From: Nitrosopumilus sp.
GTDB lineage: Archaea > Thermoproteota > Nitrososphaeria > Nitrososphaerales > Nitrosopumilaceae
Assembly: GCA_965204345.1 (NCBI GenBank)
Contig: OZ241981.1
Span: 1,440,001-1,504,000 of the forward strand
Direction of reading: 5' to 3'
DNA length: 64,000 bases
Shown here: positions 61,331-64,000 of the stretch, in pieces
Layout: the number at the start of each line of letters is the position of its first letter
How positions within the stretch are numbered: position 1 is the first letter of the stretch
The notes under the pieces: model-generated
What the model saw: only the letters and a program-made list of their open reading frames with translations
Told to the model about the DNA's origin: nothing
Databases searched by the model: none
Made by a program: the position numbers and the translations under genes

Positions 61331-61626
61331 TTTTAATAGATTATTTTTGAAGTTTTCTTACAATAGTATTCAAATGTACATTATGAAATTACTATTTTTG
61401 AGATGAAATAAAGCCGATATCGGCTTGAACCATTTTGGTGCTTTGAAGAGAATTGCCGCTTTAGTTGATGACTCTTGGAAATGCAAAGGGATTCAAACTT
61501 CTTGCATGGAGGCCTAATAGGGATGAAATGATTGTCCAAATCCCCAACATATTTTTCGAAATTATGAAGAAGGATTTGGAAAAATAATCTAACTAGACGT
61601 TAGGAATCTTTAACGAAAAAGAGAGG

Positions 61627-61699
61627 GGCCCTCGAGGGGAATCGAACTCCTGTCCGAGGATCCACAATCCTCTATACTAACCACTGTACTACGAAGGCC
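61627..61699 (-). tRNA. tRNA-His(GTG) with genomically encoded G-1
   Basis: G-GCCTTCG/CGAGGGC-C acceptor, GAGGA-TTGTGGA-TCCTC anticodon arm. Confidence 0.92.
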
Positions 61700-61792
61700 A
61701 CAAAAAAGAGACTTGTGTATCCAGTAATAATCTTTAAGATATATGTGAAAAATATGCTGTAGATTTATTATTGACCATGTTAGAACGATGAT

Positions 61793-61873
61793 ATGCGTTT
61801 ATGGTGGGTAGCAATGGCAATTGCATCTGGACTTACATGGGTAGGAATTAATTATTTTCTCCCATGGCTATGA
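61793..61873 (+). CDS. 26-aa single-TM microprotein candidate
   Basis: MRLWWVAMAIASGLTWVGINYFLPWL*; TTTATTA box about 25 nt upstream. Confidence 0.45.
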   Translation: MRLWWVAMAIASGLTWVGINYFLPWL

Positions 61874-61985
61874 ATAATGTTCATTAGGCTCAGATACAAG
61901 GGGATGTCACTTTTGATTTAACCCGAAGATTTTAGATGACCCGTAGCGATCGCTTTAAATTTGTCAAATTTGGGTATGTTTCGAC

Positions 61986-63008
61986 TTGAAGAAAGGATTT
62001 ATCACCAGCAGGCTACGTTCAAATAAAAAATCAGTAGAAATACCTGTTGAAAATAAGATAGAAACCGTACAGGGCGGGAAATTTACATGGATTGATTTAC
62101 AAAATCCAGATAGAAACGATGTTGAAAAATTAGCTGAAAAATACAATTTCAATACACTGAACATAGAGGACTGTATGACTAAATTTGAACTTCCAAAATT
62201 GGATAGCTACGATGATCACTTTTTTGTAATTTTACATTTCCCCCCATTAGCACAAAAAATAGGCATATCAAAAAACAGTCAATTATCAATATTTGTTGGG
62301 AAGGATTTTCTAGTTACCGTTCATCAAGGAGATCTAAAACCCCTTGTGGAATTAGTAGATATATGTAAAACAAATTCAGATCAGCATAGAAAAGAAAGAT
62401 TACTGGGAAAAACTTCGGGTCTGCTACTTCACGAAATAATAGATGTTCTAGTAGATGATCTTTTGCATACATCAAGAAAGATCATTGCAAATCTGGACGA
62501 AATAGAGGATAGAGTGTTTGATGAAACAAAGCCAGTTGCAAGAAGCATTGCATTGTTAAGAAGGGAAATTAACAGACTGAGAAGAATAGCAAATCCATTA
62601 AAGAAATTTGTATTGGAAATTGCAAAAAATGTTAAAAAATTTTCAGGCAACGAAGATGAAGAACTTTCGTTATACTATGATGACGTAATTGACCATATTG
62701 ACAAAGTAATAGAAACACTAGAAGAATCAAGAGAAACTATGGAAATTTATAAAGACACGGATTTTGTGCTAAGTACTGAAAAAACAAACAAGGTATTGGC
62801 AGTTTTAACGATCATATTCACATTGGCAATTCCATCAACTGTGATCGGAACATTTTATGGAATGAATGTAGATTTGCCTGGGGGAATTGGAGATAATTCA
62901 ATGTTTTTGGGGCCATTTACAACCTTCATAATCATTATAATTGCATCAGCCATACCAGCAGTCATGATGTTCACGTATTTTAAGAAATTAGGCTGGATAA
63001 GTAGCTAA
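61986..63008 (+). CDS. corA: CorA-family Mg2+ transporter
   Basis: WIDL, PKLD.Y, YGMN signature between two TM helices. Confidence 0.93.
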   Translation: MKKGFITSRLRSNKKSVEIPVENKIETVQGGKFTWIDLQNPDRNDVEKLAEKYNFNTLNIEDCMTKFELPKLDSYDDHFFVILHFPPLAQKIGISKNSQLSIFVGKDFLVTVHQGDLKPLVELVDICKTNSDQHRKERLLGKTSGLLLHEIIDVLVDDLLHTSRKIIANLDEIEDRVFDETKPVARSIALLRREINRLRRIANPLKKFVLEIAKNVKKFSGNEDEELSLYYDDVIDHIDKVIETLEESRETMEIYKDTDFVLSTEKTNKVLAVLTIIFTLAIPSTVIGTFYGMNVDLPGGIGDNSMFLGPFTTFIIIIIASAIPAVMMFTYFKKLGWISS

Positions 63009-63094
63009 AATTAAAAATTATCATATTTTTCCAAAAAACCAAATTTTAGTGAAGTTATGAGCTTAGATAAATACAAGATAAATCAACCTAAATC

Positions 63095-63355
63095 ATGGGG
63101 AAAATTAGAATACGAACCGGTAGAGGTACAGGAACCATTGAAGTTGACGACGATCCTAAAAAGTGGTCTGGTGACGAATTTAAAAAAATCCAGGAAACAA
63201 GGAAAAAGGCAACATCAAACAGAACAGTATCTTCCGGCAGAGGAACCGGCTCTAGAAAATTAGGAGACATGCCTGATCCAAAAGCAAGACCTGACACAAA
63301 AGGCATGACTAGAAGTACAGGCAGAGGAACCGGCTCTAGAAAAAGCAGAGGTTAA
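63095..63355 (+). CDS. Small basic protein with three (T/S)GRGTG motifs
   Basis: TGRGTGT, SGRGTGSRK, TGRGTGSRK. Confidence 0.6.
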   Translation: MGKIRIRTGRGTGTIEVDDDPKKWSGDEFKKIQETRKKATSNRTVSSGRGTGSRKLGDMPDPKARPDTKGMTRSTGRGTGSRKSRG

Positions 63356-63411
63356 ACAAACATCATTGTTAATTTTTAGGATTTTTTCTTAATGATGTTT
63401 TCTAAATTTTA

Positions 63412-63999
63412 TTAAATTTTGATATCAGGGTTTCCGGCCTTGAGTCTTTCCCAATCTTTAAGAAAGTTTTCTAGACCAATTTTCGTTAATGGATGCTGCA
63501 ACATTTTATCTAATACACCGGGAGGCAGTGTCACCACATCTGCACCGATTTTTGCAGCATCAACTACGTGTACGGGATGACGAATACTTGCAACAAGTAT
63601 TTCGGTTCCAAAATCATAATTAGAGAATATTTCTTTAATTTCTTCGATTAGGTGCATCCCGTTTTGACCAATATCATCTAATCTTCCAATAAACGGACTA
63701 ACATATTTTGCACCAGACTTTGCTGCAAGTAAAGCCTGATTTGCAGAAAATATCAAGGTAACATTAACAGGTATTCCCTGGGATGAAAAAGACTTGCAGG
63801 CTCTTAGACCGTCAGGGGTCATGGGAACTTTAACTACAACATTATCACCATATTCACGAAGACGCTTACCTTCCTCCATCATTCCAGAATATTCAGTACT
63901 AACAACCTCCAAACTTACATCACCCCTGACAATCTTTGTAATTTCTTCCATGGCATCTTTTGGATTTCCACCTTCTTTTGACATAAGTGATGGATTGGT
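63412..63999 (-). CDS. Transaldolase / fructose-6-phosphate aldolase family (5' end outside the window)
   Basis: TNPSL at the window edge, VVKVP, NVTLIFS, YVSPFIGR. Confidence 0.92.
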   Translation of the reverse strand, partial: TNPSLMSKEGGNPKDAMEEITKIVRGDVSLEVVSTEYSGMMEEGKRLREYGDNVVVKVPMTPDGLRACKSFSSQGIPVNVTLIFSANQALLAAKSGAKYVSPFIGRLDDIGQNGMHLIEEIKEIFSNYDFGTEILVASIRHPVHVVDAAKIGADVVTLPPGVLDKMLQHPLTKIGLENFLKDWERLKAGNPDIKI

Positions 64000-64000
64000 G

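Overview
This window is from a marine ammonia-oxidising archaeon (Nitrosopumilaceae-like Thaumarchaeota). The call rests on the adjacent ADP-forming 4-hydroxybutyryl-CoA synthetase/dehydratase pair of the 3HP/4HB cycle, archaeal ribosomal genes, the mvk-ipk-idi-GGPPS cluster and a CFI-box-CTERM protein. Conserved housekeeping blocks (about 10-30 kb and 49-64 kb, with four tRNAs) alternate with accessory segments. These are a dead IS481-like element next to a mosaic glycosylation/surface-protein island (0-9 kb), repeat-bearing surface proteins (31-35 kb) and several eroded AT-rich intervals. Many proteins carry near-perfect tandem-repeat expansions and there are several frameshifted genes; this is compatible with a host-associated lineage (inference). 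The most notable signal is a candidate envelope redox or metal-stress regulon at about 35.8-43 kb. A wHTH regulator and small membrane protein pair sits among genes for a Spondin_N protein, a DM13 protein with about 90 Met in an acidic repeat, a decayed Met-rich RskA-like protein and a membrane/Zn-finger/NDH-2 fusion. All four are preceded, 34-38 nt upstream of the start codon and abutting the BRE/TATA position, by the same motif, ATTGGGGT-N5-KTGGR (one copy is degenerate). Product calls come from motif recognition only; no database searches were run.
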